DNA of 64,000 nt from Octopus vulgaris (GCA_951406725.2 OX597817.1:77314001-77378000); one strand, 5' to 3'. Shown: positions 42,148-56,075, counted from the first letter of the stretch. Translations and numbers: made by a program. Notes: a model not told the origin generated them from the letters alone.

Positions 42148-42709
42148 ATTGAGTGAGAGAGCAGTGCATGCCATCAAAATGACAATGGGGTACAAACATA
42201 TGAAGCCCAGTATACCCATCATGACTACCCGTCTGATAAGGGTATACCAGGCACATGCAGTACAACCATATGTGCGCGACATGGTGATCTCATATCAATA
42301 TAAACAGTGCATGGCTTTGCAGGTGGGGACCCAGTTAGAATTTTCTTCAGGTTGAGTTGCCCATCCCACTCAAAAGTCCCTGAATAAGGATTGTTTAAGG
42401 ATGTTGAACGAAACACCCATGTTTCCAAAGGTCAATTATTCAAACCCCAAAGAATTCCTCTCAACACATGGCTATGATGCACCCCTACTGCTTCTGCTCA
42501 TGAGTAGAGATGCACATATCGTCAGCCACTAAGGGACATGCTCAACTGGTTACGGTCAAACAACTGACAAGCAAATCTGTGGTATTGAGCAGAATATTTG
42601 CTGTAGCCCATCTTTGATACCAAGACAAAACAATGTACATGATAACACTTCCAATTAGTTAAGCTTAGAAGCCATGAGAGCCACTACATGATACTGCATC
42701 AGGGCATTT
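42148..42709. repeat. Interspersed repeat family E, copy 2
   Basis: Co-linear with 22815-23342 and embedded in (ATT)n. Confidence 0.85.
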
Positions 42710-44831
42710 ATAATTATAATTATAATAATAATAATTATTATTATTATTATTATTAGTTATTATTACTATCAGAGTAGTGGATTGGTAGAATTGGTAGGTC
42801 ACTGGAGAACTTACCTTGCAATATCTCTTCAGATCTTCATCTTCTGAGTTCAAAATCTCAGCAAGATAAACTTTGCCTTTTATCCCGCACCTCACCAAGA
42901 TTGATGAAATAAATTAACAGCTAAAGTGCTGGGTCAGTGGCATCGACTACCTACCTCCCTTCAAAATTATTGGCTTTGTGTCTGGCAGAACTGTCAGCAA
43001 GTTTGAGAAAATGCTTAGTGCCATTTCTTTGGGCTGTTTACATTCTGAGTTCAAATTCCAGAAAGGTTGACTCTGCCTTTCATCCCTTTAGAATCAATAA
43101 AATAAAGTATCAATCAAGTCTTGTGAAAGGATGGGGCAATGTAATCAAGTAACCCCTCTCCAGAAAATTACTGGCCTAGGGCCAAAATCTGAAGCAATTA
43201 CCATTGCTATTTATGATAATTAAGGGCAGATAATTTACAGATTGATAGATCATAAAAGAAAAAAATGCCTTTTTTGTCCTTACATGATATATACATCTGT
43301 AATGTAAAACTGAAATCCATATAAGCCAACAGATTTGATCAGATATCACCTGAAAGTGTGTTGTCATAACAGTACAGTGTGTGTGTGTGTGTGTGTGTGT
43401 GTTGGGCTATGATGTGAACCACAAGTTCTCAGTTCGGAATATTGAGCCAAACGAATACAGTCCCTTTGTTCGCTTTCTTTTTGCTGTACTTGTTGGGTCT
43501 GGAAGAAAGGGGAAGTGCTCATGGCCTTTGCATAAATGTACAGTGTGTGTGTGTGTGTGTGTACATGTGTGTTGGGTTATTAATGAGAACCACAAGTTCT
43601 CACTTTGGAATATTGAGCCGAATGTCTATAGTCTCTGCATTCTATTTCTTTTTGCTGTACCTGCTGGGTTTGGAAGAAAGGGGAAATGCCCATGGATTCT
43701 ATAGTTCTGAGCCTGGTGAGTCATGAGTCTTAGTGCCATCATCAATGATTCTCTTGAATCACTCGCAAGGTAACACCTGCAGGAAAAACATAAGCCAGGA
43801 GGGGATTTCAAAGTGTGATGCTCTGGGTTAGGAAGACTGGACATAGTAATTAGTTTGGAGAAGAGGGAGAGAGAGAGGGGTGGCCCTGGGGGTAGGTCGA
43901 CACAACAAAGGTAATAGGTGGAGGAGAGATAAGTGAACTGGAAATGTCTTCCTGGTGTTGACATGACTTCAGCTGTCTTTGATGAGCAGAGGCCATTACA
44001 GTAAGCCATAGACAAAATCACGAGGAGATAACATAGCTAAGGACCATTATACATACATATACATATATGTGCATGTGTGTGTGTATTTATATACACACGC
44101 ACACACATACACAGAGACATATGGTTCAGTGGTTAGAGTGTTGCACTCATGACTGTAAGATTGTGGTTTCAATTCCTTGACTGGAGCATGTGTTGTGTTC
44201 ATGAGCAAAACACTCTTCATTTCACAGTGGTCCAGATCAGAACAGCATCCCATCTGGGGAGGTGGGGAAAGGGTAATATTTACTTCACAGAATTCCGGAA
44301 ACTGGCCATACGAGCCTGGGAAGGACTTTTGACTCTCTGACAAAAACACACAAATGTATGAGTGATGGCTTCTCTTGTGGTGGATGATAGATGTGGTTTG
44401 GCAACTTTTGCTGGTGCCATGTAAAAGCACCTAGCACACTGTTAAGTGATTGGCATTAGGAAGGGCATCCAACCATAGAAACCATGCTTCACTGGACAGC
44501 TGGAGTCTGGACAGTTCCTGCGAGCCAACTCCATGTCAAATTATCAAACCCAAGCCAGCATCGAAAGCAGACATTAAATGATCATGATCATCATCATTAT
44601 CATGAACCTGCACAGATTATTTGTTTGTAGTGATCAAATGCTTGCGATCACACCCTGTATCAAACAGACATTGCTTCTACAAATGCAGAGTGTGCTGTGT
44701 GTCTGACATCAAAGTGACTGCAGAGCAATGTGGGATAAAGTGTTCTGCTTAAGAATACATTCCACCGTCTGGCTAGAAATTGAAACCACAATCTGAGTGG
44801 AATGCAACATTTTGACCACCAGGCCATGAGC

Positions 44832-44872
<41 letters not shown>

Positions 44873-45556
44873 CATGATCACAGTGACCGACCAGGCTATC
44901 AGATGTTGCTACACATGGCTGGTCACAATGCGCTTCACATTGTTTTGGCCCCGCTGGCTAAGCGAGCAGGCCAACAGAAGAAAGAGTGAGAGAAAGTTGT
45001 GGTGAAAGAGTACAGCAAGGATCGCCACCACCCCCTGCTGGAGCCTCGTGCAGCTTTAGGTGTTTTCGCTCAATAAACACTCACAACGCCCAGTCTGAGA
45101 ATCGAAACCGCAATCCTACAACCGCGAGTCCGCTGCTCTAACCACTGGGCCATTGCATCTCCACCATATATATATATATATAAATACTCATGATTAACAG
45201 ATAAGAGAGAGATCTTCGAAGATATGTATTTATTGTGCTGTTCTATTAAACATGAAAGAAAACACAAGCCCACAAATACACAAAACTATCCGCAGGAAAT
45301 CAATAATTTTTCAAATTTCTATTAAATTTCATAGCATGGTGAATAGAATGCTGCGACAATCACAGAAAACATATTGGTAGAATTGAAATTTTAAAAACCA
45401 AAACGCATAAATAAAAAATGCGCTGAAATATAATAAAATAATTTGTTATAGGAATAAGCTGAGTGTGAAATTAATATTTTCAAACTATCCGCAACATATA
45501 GATATACATATGTGTGTGAGTGTGTATACATATGTGCATGTATGTATGTATGTATG

Positions 45557-45606
<50 letters not shown>

Positions 45607-45775
45607 CTTGCATATATATACATAAATATATATATTCACACACATGTATATATGCATGTATACACACACATATACATGTGCATATACAGATATACGTATT
45701 TCATGTTATTTGCACCGTTAGTGACATCCTGTACCCATATATGCATGTGTGTGTGAGTGTGAGTGCGTAAGTGTA

Positions 45776-45817
<42 letters not shown>

Positions 45818-46961
45818 TATGTATGTATGTATATATATATTATATATTATTTATTATATACAGACATACATATATTACATATGTATACATATAAATATAT
45901 CTACCTCTCTCTCTCTCTTTTCTCTCAACATACATACATATATATATTATATACAAGCACACAGGTACAGGTACACACACACACACATGAATAAGCATAC
46001 ACATATACATTTTCATGCATTCATATGCATATGTGTACTTATATATATGCATACATGATAGAGACAAAAAGGCATTTGTTAGCACCAATTATATATAGAA
46101 CCTGCTATACTCAAACAAGCAGACACACCCTGCCTATGAACCCACTACACCTCTTCTGTGTCCATGGCTAACAATGGATGTACTGTACAGATTTGCCACC
46201 AACTCATTTTCTCTGTATCAACTATGGCCATTTTTCTGTCGGCAGTAGGGTCCTGACTTCTTTTCTAGTTACTAAAAACCTTTACTGTATACAAAATTTA
46301 CTTTGAGGATCTCTGCATTCTAGGAATCGAGTAAACAGTGTGATGGTGTTCCCAGGGGTGCTTGGTTTTAATTTTGCATGTTACAACCAGGAGGACTATA
46401 ACTGACAACATGGAAACGAAAACTGAGCCATAATGTATAAATGTATTTATAAAAACATATATCATTCTCCTCCTCATCATCATCATCATCATCAACAGTT
46501 AATGTCTGTTTTCCATGCTGGCATGGGTTGGATTGGCTTCACAGGAGCTGGCAAATCCAGGGGGCCACACTAGATACCATAGTCTGTTCTGGCTTGGTTT
46601 CTACAGCTGGATGCCTTTCCTAATGCCAACCACTTTAAATAGGGCACTGGATATTCTTTCACATGGTAGCAGCACTTTTTATGAGGCACCAGTGCCTTTT
46701 ACATGGCTCCGGCACCAGTACTTTTTACATTGCACCATCACCTATGCTTTTTAAAAACAAATATATATATATATATTTATATATGCTTTTGGTGCAAATG
46801 GTTTTGTTAAGCAGTGTCAAGTTTTACACTTCTGTAAATAATAATAATATTATTTTTTTTTTTATAAGCTTAAAGCTTATCATGATCACCGTGCAAATGA
46901 CTAAGGAAAATAGTCTAATAATGGGGCAGATATGCGCTCGACAGAAAAAAGTAGGCTTTCC

Positions 46962-47034
46962 TATTCACATGGGGCTCAAACCCACATCCCTCTGTTAACA
47001 CGACTAAGTGTGTTACTAATTACACCAGAGAACC
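46962..47034 (-). pseudogene. Degenerate tRNA-like sequence inside a 320-bp repeat unit
   Basis: Minus strand reads ggttctctggtgtaattagtaacacac...gtgggtttgagcccc (A- and B-box-like). The isotype cannot be assigned. Confidence 0.45.
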
Positions 47035-47156
47035 AGCCTGCTCCTTTCTGTCAAATTTAAGAACTATATTAGTTCATAGTTAATTTTGTAAACAAACTTT
47101 ATGTTCTTTCGATGTAAATGGTTTTGTTAAGCGGTGTCAAGTTTTACAATTCTGTA

Positions 47157-47203
<47 letters not shown>

Positions 47204-47424
47204 CATATGTAAGTATATATCAATTATACCTAAATGTGTATGTATGTGTGTGTGTGTGTAAATATATATAAATACATACACACACACACATGCTCATCTG
47301 CTCAAAAACATATATATATATATATATATATACACGTATATATAAAATATATATATATAAATAATGATATATATATAAATGATGAAATATATATATATAT
47401 ACAAGTGTATCATATCTATATATA

Positions 47425-48305
47425 CAGGGTGCAGTGAATATGTTGTTTTCTAAATTACAAAATAATGAATATAACTCTGACATCTCATTTTAACAGATAT
47501 ATTTATCAAAATTATTTATCTTGAAATACTAAAGAGTAAATTGATTCAATAAAATTGCCATTGGCCTCAACCATGGTCTTCAGACAACCTCAGAATCTCC
47601 TGTAACTCTTCTGGGCGATCTCCTTGTTTAAGTTCGTGGATGCTGCCATAATCCTTGCCTTCAATTCACCTTTGGTGTTACAAGGAGTTTTGTTGATCTC
47701 TCACTCAACTTTGCCCCACACATAATAGTCAAAGGGATTACTGTCTGGGGAGTTAGGTGGCCTGATATTAAGGACGATGTGGTCATAGGAATCGTCTGAT
47801 AGCCATAACTGGGTTCTTTTGCTTGTTTGGCATGGTGCAGAGTCCTGTTGCCGGACATACGGTCTTCCACCAACCACTGTCTTGACCCAGAGCAGCACTA
47901 CGTCCTCTAGGCACTTGATGTAGGCCTCTGTGTTGAGTGTGAGGTCATGTGGGAAGATGACTGGAGGCATGAAGTCACAATCACTACTGATCACTCCAAA
48001 CCATGATATTGATTGGATGTTTGATTTTTATCACTCTTGGTACATGTTTTGGGGACAGGGCAAGCCAACAATTGTTGTGTGTGTTTACCATCTGTTCATG
48101 TTGGAGCTTCTGGTACAAATGCCAAGCAGTACAGCATGTTGTTCCCAAATTTCTGGTAGAGTGTATTGCGTCATGGTGCTATTCTTCTCAAAGATGGTGC
48201 CCAACTGACCCTACTATACTGTGTCGTCAACAAAATCAAAAACAAAGAATGCACATGCATGAAATTAAAAATATAAAATGGCGACAATTTACCCATCGCA
48301 CCCTG
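47425..48305 (-). mobile_element. Internally deleted Tc1/mariner-superfamily transposon, DD37D (maT) type
   Basis: TA-flanked TIRs CAGGGTGC.../...GCACCCTG. ORF 47701-47994 contains QQDSAP...PPNSPDSNPFDYYVWG with 37 residues between the last two catalytic D. Confidence 0.88.
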
Positions 48306-48829
48306 TATATATACATGAGTATTATATATACACATGTGTGTGTATCGTGTGGATAAATAAACACACACACACATAAATATGGATAAAAAACATGTACATA
48401 CAAGCACACATACACGTATATTGACAGACAGACAAACACATCCATGTATCCATGCTCCAACACACCTTTTGAGCACAACTGTAAGTGATGAGGCAATATC
48501 TATTAACTACGCAGGCAGAGAGAAAGAGAGACAGACTCTGAGGAAGAGAGAGAATCATTCTATCGCTTGGTAATCTCTGCATCAGTAACCATAGCAACAC
48601 ACATGCAACACATTCACTTCATATCCTAGTAACCGTTCGGTTTTTAGTTTTCTTTTCTGTAACCAAAAGCGTGTGGGAGAATCACAGTAGGTGGTAGTGT
48701 TGGCCTGACCTCAACAGGCAGCAGTTGTTGACCGAGAAACCGTTCCAAGACTGGGACAAAGTGAGCAAAATAGTGGTGTGTAATCAAGCAGAACGTGTAT
48801 GCATTGTGTGTATGTTTGTATGTATATTT

Positions 48830-48882
<53 letters not shown>

Positions 48883-49114
48883 GTGTGTGTGTATGTTTGT
48901 ATGTGTGTATGTTTGTATGTATGTGTATGTTTGTATGTGTGGTGTGTGTGTTTGTGTGTGTTTGCATGTGTGTATGTGTATGCATGTAAGTGTGTATTCA
49001 AATCCATATCTTTATGCGCAGATCTAACAATGCATGTACATACATATGCATATACATACATATACATTCATGCATATATGTATACAAACATACATACATG
49101 TAAATATGCAATAG

Positions 49115-49146
<32 letters not shown>

Positions 49147-49196
49147 GCATATATATATGTAAATATGTAATATATATATATATATATATATATACA

Positions 49197-49234
<38 letters not shown>

Positions 49235-50114
49235 TATATATGTAAATATGTAACACACACACACACACATATATCTATATATATACAGAGAAAGAGAGAG
49301 AGAGGGGTAACAAATAAAAACACAGATATAGAGATAGCTAGAAAGATAGATAAGTGCTGGCTAACTTAATGAAGTACACAAAAAATATTTTTTAATCCAG
49401 TGAAATTATATTCAAAATTTGCAAGAAAGTCTTAAGTGTTAACGAAAACTTATTTCAAAAATAGCAGGGCAGAGAACTCAAAAATGATAACTGCCTAAAA
49501 ATTTAATTGTGACACGCAAGACTGAGTTGGTGTAATCTGAGGTAGCTATGTAGGCTTTTCCAGACATGATTCAACCTAATTATGCCTTCTAAATGAAAAA
49601 GCTACCTGATCATAAATAAACTTAATGAGTGCACAGTGATTAAAAATAATTTAATCATTAGGAACCTGATGATATACACAAGTACTTATTTACAACGATG
49701 GGAAAAAAAAAATTTGCAATAAAAATGAAAAAGAATATTTTCCAACAGGATTGATGCTTTGTATCTGTAGCAACCACCTTACTAATTGTTATACTACAGA
49801 GCACTAGTCCTTTCTTCCTATCAAATATGCTGATCATCATCATCATCGTTTAACGTCCGCTTTCCATGCTAGCATGGGTTGGACGATTTTGACTGAGGGC
49901 TGGCGAACCAGAGGGCTGCACCAGGCTCCAATCTTGATCTGGCAGAGTTTCTACAGCTGGATGCCCTTCCTAACACCAGATGCCCTTGCTAACACCAGGA
50001 TGCCTTTCCTAACACCTAAATGTATAATCTTCAATGGCTTATGTGTGGCTGTGTGGTTATGCAGCTTGCTTTGCAACCATGTGGTTTGGGGTTCAGTCCT
50101 ACTGTGAGTTTGTT

Positions 50115-50410
50115 CCTTTTTGAGCCATGCCTGGCGCATAATGGCCGGTTACCCGGTTTCCTTGGCGTATATGTTCCCCACCTGGACGGGACACCGGTCT
50201 GTCGCAGGTGAACTGCAAGATGCAGGAGGAAAGAGTGAGAGAAAGTTGTGGCAAGGGAGTCAGCAGAAGTTCGCCATTACCTTCTGCCGGAGCTGCGTGG
50301 AGCTTAGGTGTTTTCGCTCATAAACACACACATCGCCTGGTCTGAGATTCAAACCCACGATCCCTCGACCGCGAGTCCGCTGCTCTAGCCACTAGGCCAT
50401 GTGCCTCCAC
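50115..50410 (-). mobile_element. SINE family B nested in a family A copy
   Basis: Flanked by duplicated tcc(t/c)actgtgag and splits the family A head from its body. Confidence 0.8.
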
Positions 50411-50525
50411 TCCCACTGTGAGGCATAGTCTTGAGCCAGCCAATGTCTTGTGAGTGAATCTGGTAGATGGAAACTGTGGAAATATCTTGTATAAATATAT
50501 GTATGTATGTGAGTATATATAAGTG

Positions 50526-50576
<51 letters not shown>

Positions 50577-50875
50577 ATATATGTGAAGAAGTGCATATAT
50601 GAGTGTGCTAGTGTTTGTCCCACATCATTGCTTGCCAACTGGTGTTGGCTTGTTTGTGTTCCCATAACTTAGCAGTTTTGCAAAAGAGACCAGTAGAATA
50701 TGGGCTACACTTAAAAACAAGCACTTAGATTGATTTGTTTCACTAAAACCCTTCAAGGCAGTGCCCCAGCATGGTCACAATTCAATGACAGAAACAAGTT
50801 AGAAACATTCAGATAATTGTTTCCAAACACCCAATGAGAATTACAGATAATATCATAGTTACTTACTCAAATTAA

Positions 50876-51096
50876 CCCTTTAGTGTTCGCATTATTCTGC
50901 CAAAATTAATGCCTTTTCATCCACATTGTTTTGAACTAATCATGCATTATCTTGTAGCTATGAGATTTTGATGAGGTAGCTGTTAATTTTTCAAACAATA
51001 TTGTAGGGTTGGTGTGAGAGACCAGACCTGGACAGTTTGAACATAAAACAGGCAGAATACTTTTGGCCGGATATGGCCAGTTTAAATGCTAAAAGT
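50876..51096. mobile_element. TTAA-flanked piggyBac-like MITE, second family
   Basis: ttaa|ccctttag...gctaaaagt|ttaa. An inverted related copy is at about 1657-1853. Confidence 0.6.
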
Positions 51097-51352
51097 TTAA
51101 GAAAAAGCTGTCCTATAATGCATAATAATAAAGTTAAATATGACATAAAATTCAATGTTTACCATAAAAATGATTGTAAGTGATATAAATAATATGAATT
51201 ATAAATTTAACTGTTAAAATAACAGAATCTTTCAGTTTTACAATAATATTCAAATTTTTCAGGTCTGAAATTTACAGCCAACAAACAAAAAGGTTGATTG
51301 ACTGCTTTCTATACACTGACAACTTTGGAGGACATAAAAACCTATGTGAAAC

Positions 51353-51591
51353 GAAGGCAGCGAGCTGGCAGAAACGTTAGCACGCCAGGCGAAATGCGTA
51401 GCCATATTTCGTCTGCCAGTACGTTCTGAGTTCAAATTCCACCGAGGTCGACTTTGCCTTTCATCCTTTCGGGATCGATAAAATAAGTACCAGTTATGCA
51501 CTGGGGTCGATTTAATCTGTTTGTCTGTCCTTGTTTGTCCTCCCAGTGTTTAGCCCCTTGTGGGTAGTAAAAAAAAAAAAATAAAAAAAAA
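51353..51591 (+). mobile_element. SINE family C with poly(A) tail and TSD
   Basis: gaaggcagcgagctggcagaaacgttagcac...gagttcaaattcc...gcctttcatcctttcgg with TSD cctatgtgaaa. Relatives are near 4635, 11400, 22408, 22590 and 42780. Confidence 0.85.
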
Positions 51592-52031
51592 GCCTATGTG
51601 AAATGCAACAGGGTTCAGAAAAATAGTTATGCAGTTTCAATGCTATATGTTTATACAATATATTACAGTGACTTTTATGCCTGAAAATTTGGAAACGTAC
51701 ACCAGAATTCAATAAGCATGTACTTCTAGTTCTGATAAAAGTTCCTTTTGTTTTTTGTTTGTTATTTCCCTGTTCTAGATAAGTGCCTGAAATGATTTGT
51801 ATGAAACATATATAATTTATAATTTGTCCTCGTATACATTTTATCTATATCTGTCTATATATATACATAAGTTATTTATAGACTGATTTGCTAATTATAG
51901 ACCAGTCTCTTATCAAATCTGACCCGCGCCAGGCAATATGCCTGTAAGGAGTGAGTGGCATTTGTGACACAAAACTTATCATTCAAGAACACATGCATGC
52001 AAAAACATGTATGCATGCATATGCACATATA

Positions 52032-52085
<54 letters not shown>

Positions 52086-52332
52086 TGTATGTATGTATGT
52101 GTTTGTGTGTATGTACGCATATACAAATGCATTAAAAGGCACACACACGAGCACAAACAATAGATAAAGGAGGAGGCTGGAGATAACAAAGCAATAATCG
52201 GAAAGGGAGGAGTGATGCGTGTTCGGAGAGACATCAATCAATACACCGTGATTGTTTCAGTTGTTCTCACAATCAGTTCTAGCAAATGTTGTTGTTGTTG
52301 TTGTTGCTGTTGTTACTGATGATGACGATGAC

Positions 52333-52363
<31 letters not shown>

Positions 52364-52448
52364 GTGGTGGATGAGAGCGACAAAAGACGTAATATCTGTT
52401 CGCAATACCATTAGCCAATGCCGGTACTGCAGCTGATGCAACCGCTGT

Positions 52449-52486
<38 letters not shown>

Positions 52487-53437
52487 ATGGCGATGGTGAC
52501 GGTGCATGCAGTTGTTGTTGTTGCGCTGATGGTGGGGACGGAGGTGGTTGTGGCGGCGGCGACGGTGATGTTAATTGTAATAGCTATTGTTTTTTTGATG
52601 ATGGAGAGAAACAGAGGTGGAAGAGGAGTACTTTGAGGATGAAGATGGTGGCGAGGACAACGATGGAAATGAACGTGAATATGAAAGCAGCAACGCTGCT
52701 GCTGCAGCTGCTGTTGCCGACAGTGATGATGAATATTGTTATTGAAATGTGAATTCTGTTAATAATAAAGGTGAAAATGGTAATGATTGATAATGAAAAT
52801 AATAATTGTTTCTCTCACATAGGTACAAGGTAACAAATTTGATGGTGGTGGGCAGAGGTTTGCTGATTAAATTGACCCCCCAAGCACCAGGCTGGGTCTT
52901 TATTTCATTGACCCAAGGACAGGGTGAAAGTCAAAGCCAGCCTTGGCAGTTATGGGGACTGTTGTTGTTTTTAGCCCAACGACCAAAATTCAGAACCATT
53001 TGCAGAGTTCAGTTTCTTGAGTAAGAAATAAATTAAAAACATACATATTTCACCAAACGCAACAATAATTCTTAAATAATTCTAAAATTTACAGAAATAT
53101 CTGAAGCAGACTGTTTCCATTAGACATTAATTAAGAGGATTAATTGTACTTAGGAATAATAGACATAAAACTTGATCGCTTTCGTTTATTTATATTTAGG
53201 ACATTTCGGAAAAAAAAAAAAATAGATACTGCAAGAAGTATCAACAAACTAATGTGTGTGTGTGCATCATCATCATCATCATCATCATCATCAATCACCA
53301 TCATTGTTATAATTTTTAATGTTTGGTTTTCCATGCATTCTTGGGACACATGGAATTTGCAGAAGATTTTGTACAGCCAGATGCTTTTCCTGTTGCCAAC
53401 CACCACCTGTTTCCATGTGAGACATTATTTCTGCATG

Positions 53438-53626
53438 ATCAAAGGGGTTACTGTTTGGGGAGTTAGGTGGCCAGATATTAGGGGTGATGTGGCCACAGGA
53501 ATTGTCTGACAGCCATGACTGGGATCTTCTGCTTGTTTGGCATGGTGCAGAGTTCTGTTGCCAGACATAAGGTCTTCCAGCAACCACTGTCTTGACCCAG
53601 AGCAGCACTACGTCCTCTAGGCACTT
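53438..53626 (-). mobile_element. Second fragment of the same DD37D transposase
   Basis: Translates to KCLEDVVLLWVKTVVAGRPYVWQQNSAPCQTSRRSQSWLSDNSCGHITPNIWPPNSPNSNPFD and is highly similar to 47728-47916. Confidence 0.85.
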
Positions 53627-53749
53627 CACAAAAGACAAGTAATGACGGATACCTCCAATGTGATAGGAATGCTTGTTTACAAGTACATATAGATACACAC
53701 ACGCACACACGTATATACATACATTCATACATACACCAGTATAAATATA

Positions 53750-53792
<43 letters not shown>

Positions 53793-54221
53793 GTATATAT
53801 GCACAGAGCCATTTGCACACAATCATATATATACATATTTATACATACATATAAATACATGTATGTATGTACGTATGTATGTATTTCATCATCATCATCA
53901 TCGTTTAGCGTCCGCTTTCCATGCTAGCATGGGTTGGACGGTTCAACTGGGGTCTGGGAAGCCAGAAGGCTGCACCAGGCCCAGTCTGATCTGGCAATGT
54001 TTCTACGGCTGGATGCCCTTCCTAACACCAACCACTCCGTGAGTGTAGTGGGTGCTTTTTACGTGCCACCAGCACAGGTGCCAGACGAGGCTGGCAAACG
54101 GCCACGATTGGATGGTGCTTTTTACGTGCCACCGTAACTTTAACATTTCTACCACACGTAACCTTCCAGATGGTGCAACCCAACCGTTCACTTTGAACTG
54201 ATAAAAGATGGGTTTTTTTCT

Positions 54222-54301
<80 letters not shown>

Positions 54302-54871
54302 TACACACACATACATATATGCACATACACACACATGCATATATATGTGTGTATGTATATGATATATAATGGAAAAGGAAAAAAAACAAAAATAATCCAT
54401 ATAATCAAGGGTATAAATACATATTTATGTATGTATATTTGTCAACTTAGTATCTTGACAAACAGAAAGTAATGAGTTGTAGACTCAAAATTATGTATAG
54501 TAGCATAAATGATTGCATTGCATGAAAACCTTCAAAGTGGTGCTCCAGTATGGCTACAGTACAATATCCAAAACAACTAGTAATGTGTGTGTATGCGTAT
54601 GTGTATGTATGTGCGTGTGTGTGTAGTTGTGTATATATGTTTACAAAATCTCAGTGACAGAATATATGCTAAATTTGTTTACAATGTTCCAAAGTTAACA
54701 AAACAACGGGGTGGATCGGGGGAGTTAAAAATATTTAAAAATAAATAGAAAAATAAGAGAAAAGGGGAAAAAAAAAAAGAAAAAACTGAAAAATTCATAA
54801 AGCAATGAAATCTAGAGCAAATTGTTTTCATAACAGAAATAACTTTCAGACATGAAGGAGATGCTTGTGAT

Positions 54872-54907
<36 letters not shown>

Positions 54908-54950
54908 GTACGTACGTGTGTGTGACTGTATGTGTTTATTTTATCAGCTG

Positions 54951-55014
<64 letters not shown>

Positions 55015-55209
55015 CTGTGTATGTGCATGTGTATAAGAAAACAATTTGACACATACATATATATTGCAGACATATATGCATGTATATATTTAAATTCATA
55101 AATGCACAAGTACAAAAATAAAAGCATGTATGCATTCATACATTTCCTCATAAGTCTGTTGTGTATACCTCTCTGTCACTCTCATACATACATACATACA
55201 CACGCTCAC

Positions 55210-55260
<51 letters not shown>

Positions 55261-55284
55261 CAAGGCGTGTTCCATTCAACACTA

Positions 55285-55359
55285 GGCAATGGAGTAAGTG
55301 TCACTGATGAGGATTGACTAAATCCAAAATCATCTATGATTTGACACTTCTTGCTTGCC
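55285..55359 (+). ncRNA. Type I hammerhead ribozyme, G12>A
   Basis: aagtgtca-CTGATGA(55304-10)-ggatt-gacta-aatcc-aAAA-tcatctatga-T-T-tgacactt. Helix I is a perfect 8 bp, extended by ggcaa/ttgcc. Helix II is 5 bp and helix III is atca/tgat. 55326 is A where G12 is expected. Confidence 0.8.
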
Positions 55360-55799
55360 GTTGGGAGGCTGGTCTCCTTTGTCAGTCAATACGTATGTTC
55401 TTCCTCATGGCTAAGAGTTGTTTTGACTCTTATTTCTAGCAATGTTGGTGCTGTTTTGCCCCCTTAGTCACTTTAGTGACGTTTGAACTTGTGCCTTTTG
55501 AGTTTTTAAACTGCAGACAGCCACCTTAATAATTTATATATATACATACATATATATATATGAGGCAGGGAGCTCAAGATAGATATAAAAAATATACATA
55601 AATGCATAGCTATATATATATATATATATATATACATACACACATACATATCTGTGTGTGTGAGTGTGTATGTGTATGCATTTATTCATCTTTTTCTCTC
55701 TGTTGTTTCAACCTTTATCTTTCTTTCTCTCTCCACCAACCCATGTAATATTATTCTTGGACACAACTATAGAATGAAAAAAAAAAACAACTCTTTGCA

Positions 55800-56075
55800 C
55801 AGGAGGCAATTCTAGAGGGTCGATGTTCTGTGAGAAGTAAAACCAAAAAAAGTGGTTAAAATGATAAAGGATGGGGTCCTAGGTTGATAAGTGCAGTAAA
55901 GCATATGAGGAGCAAGGGTCTGGTAGAGCCAAAAACAGAGGTGTGACTAGATTAGCCAGCTCGGAGGATCAAAGATCAGATTGTAGTAGCCATAGAAAGG
56001 GCAACTGAGGAGACAGTAAGTCTGGGGACCAGATGTCAAACTGAGTTGGTGAGTAACCCTGTATCAATTAATTGA
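55800..56075 (-). mobile_element. Decayed LINE ORF2 C-terminal fragment
   Basis: Frameshifted ..TVSSVAL / YGYYN..SELA, resembling HRR.VSSL.LFY.YY.G.CS.EL. A similar relic is on the + strand at 1-190. Confidence 0.4.

Noticed and set aside
43626-44021. 131-aa minus-strand ORF with YLCCVDLPP
   Set aside because: Possibly a decayed LINE endonuclease, but the motifs are too degenerate. Not a supportable gene.
49959-50017. Triplicated gatgcccttcctaacacc
   Set aside because: Local slippage within a family D repeat with no spacers, so not CRISPR-like. No prokaryotic systems are evident in the window.
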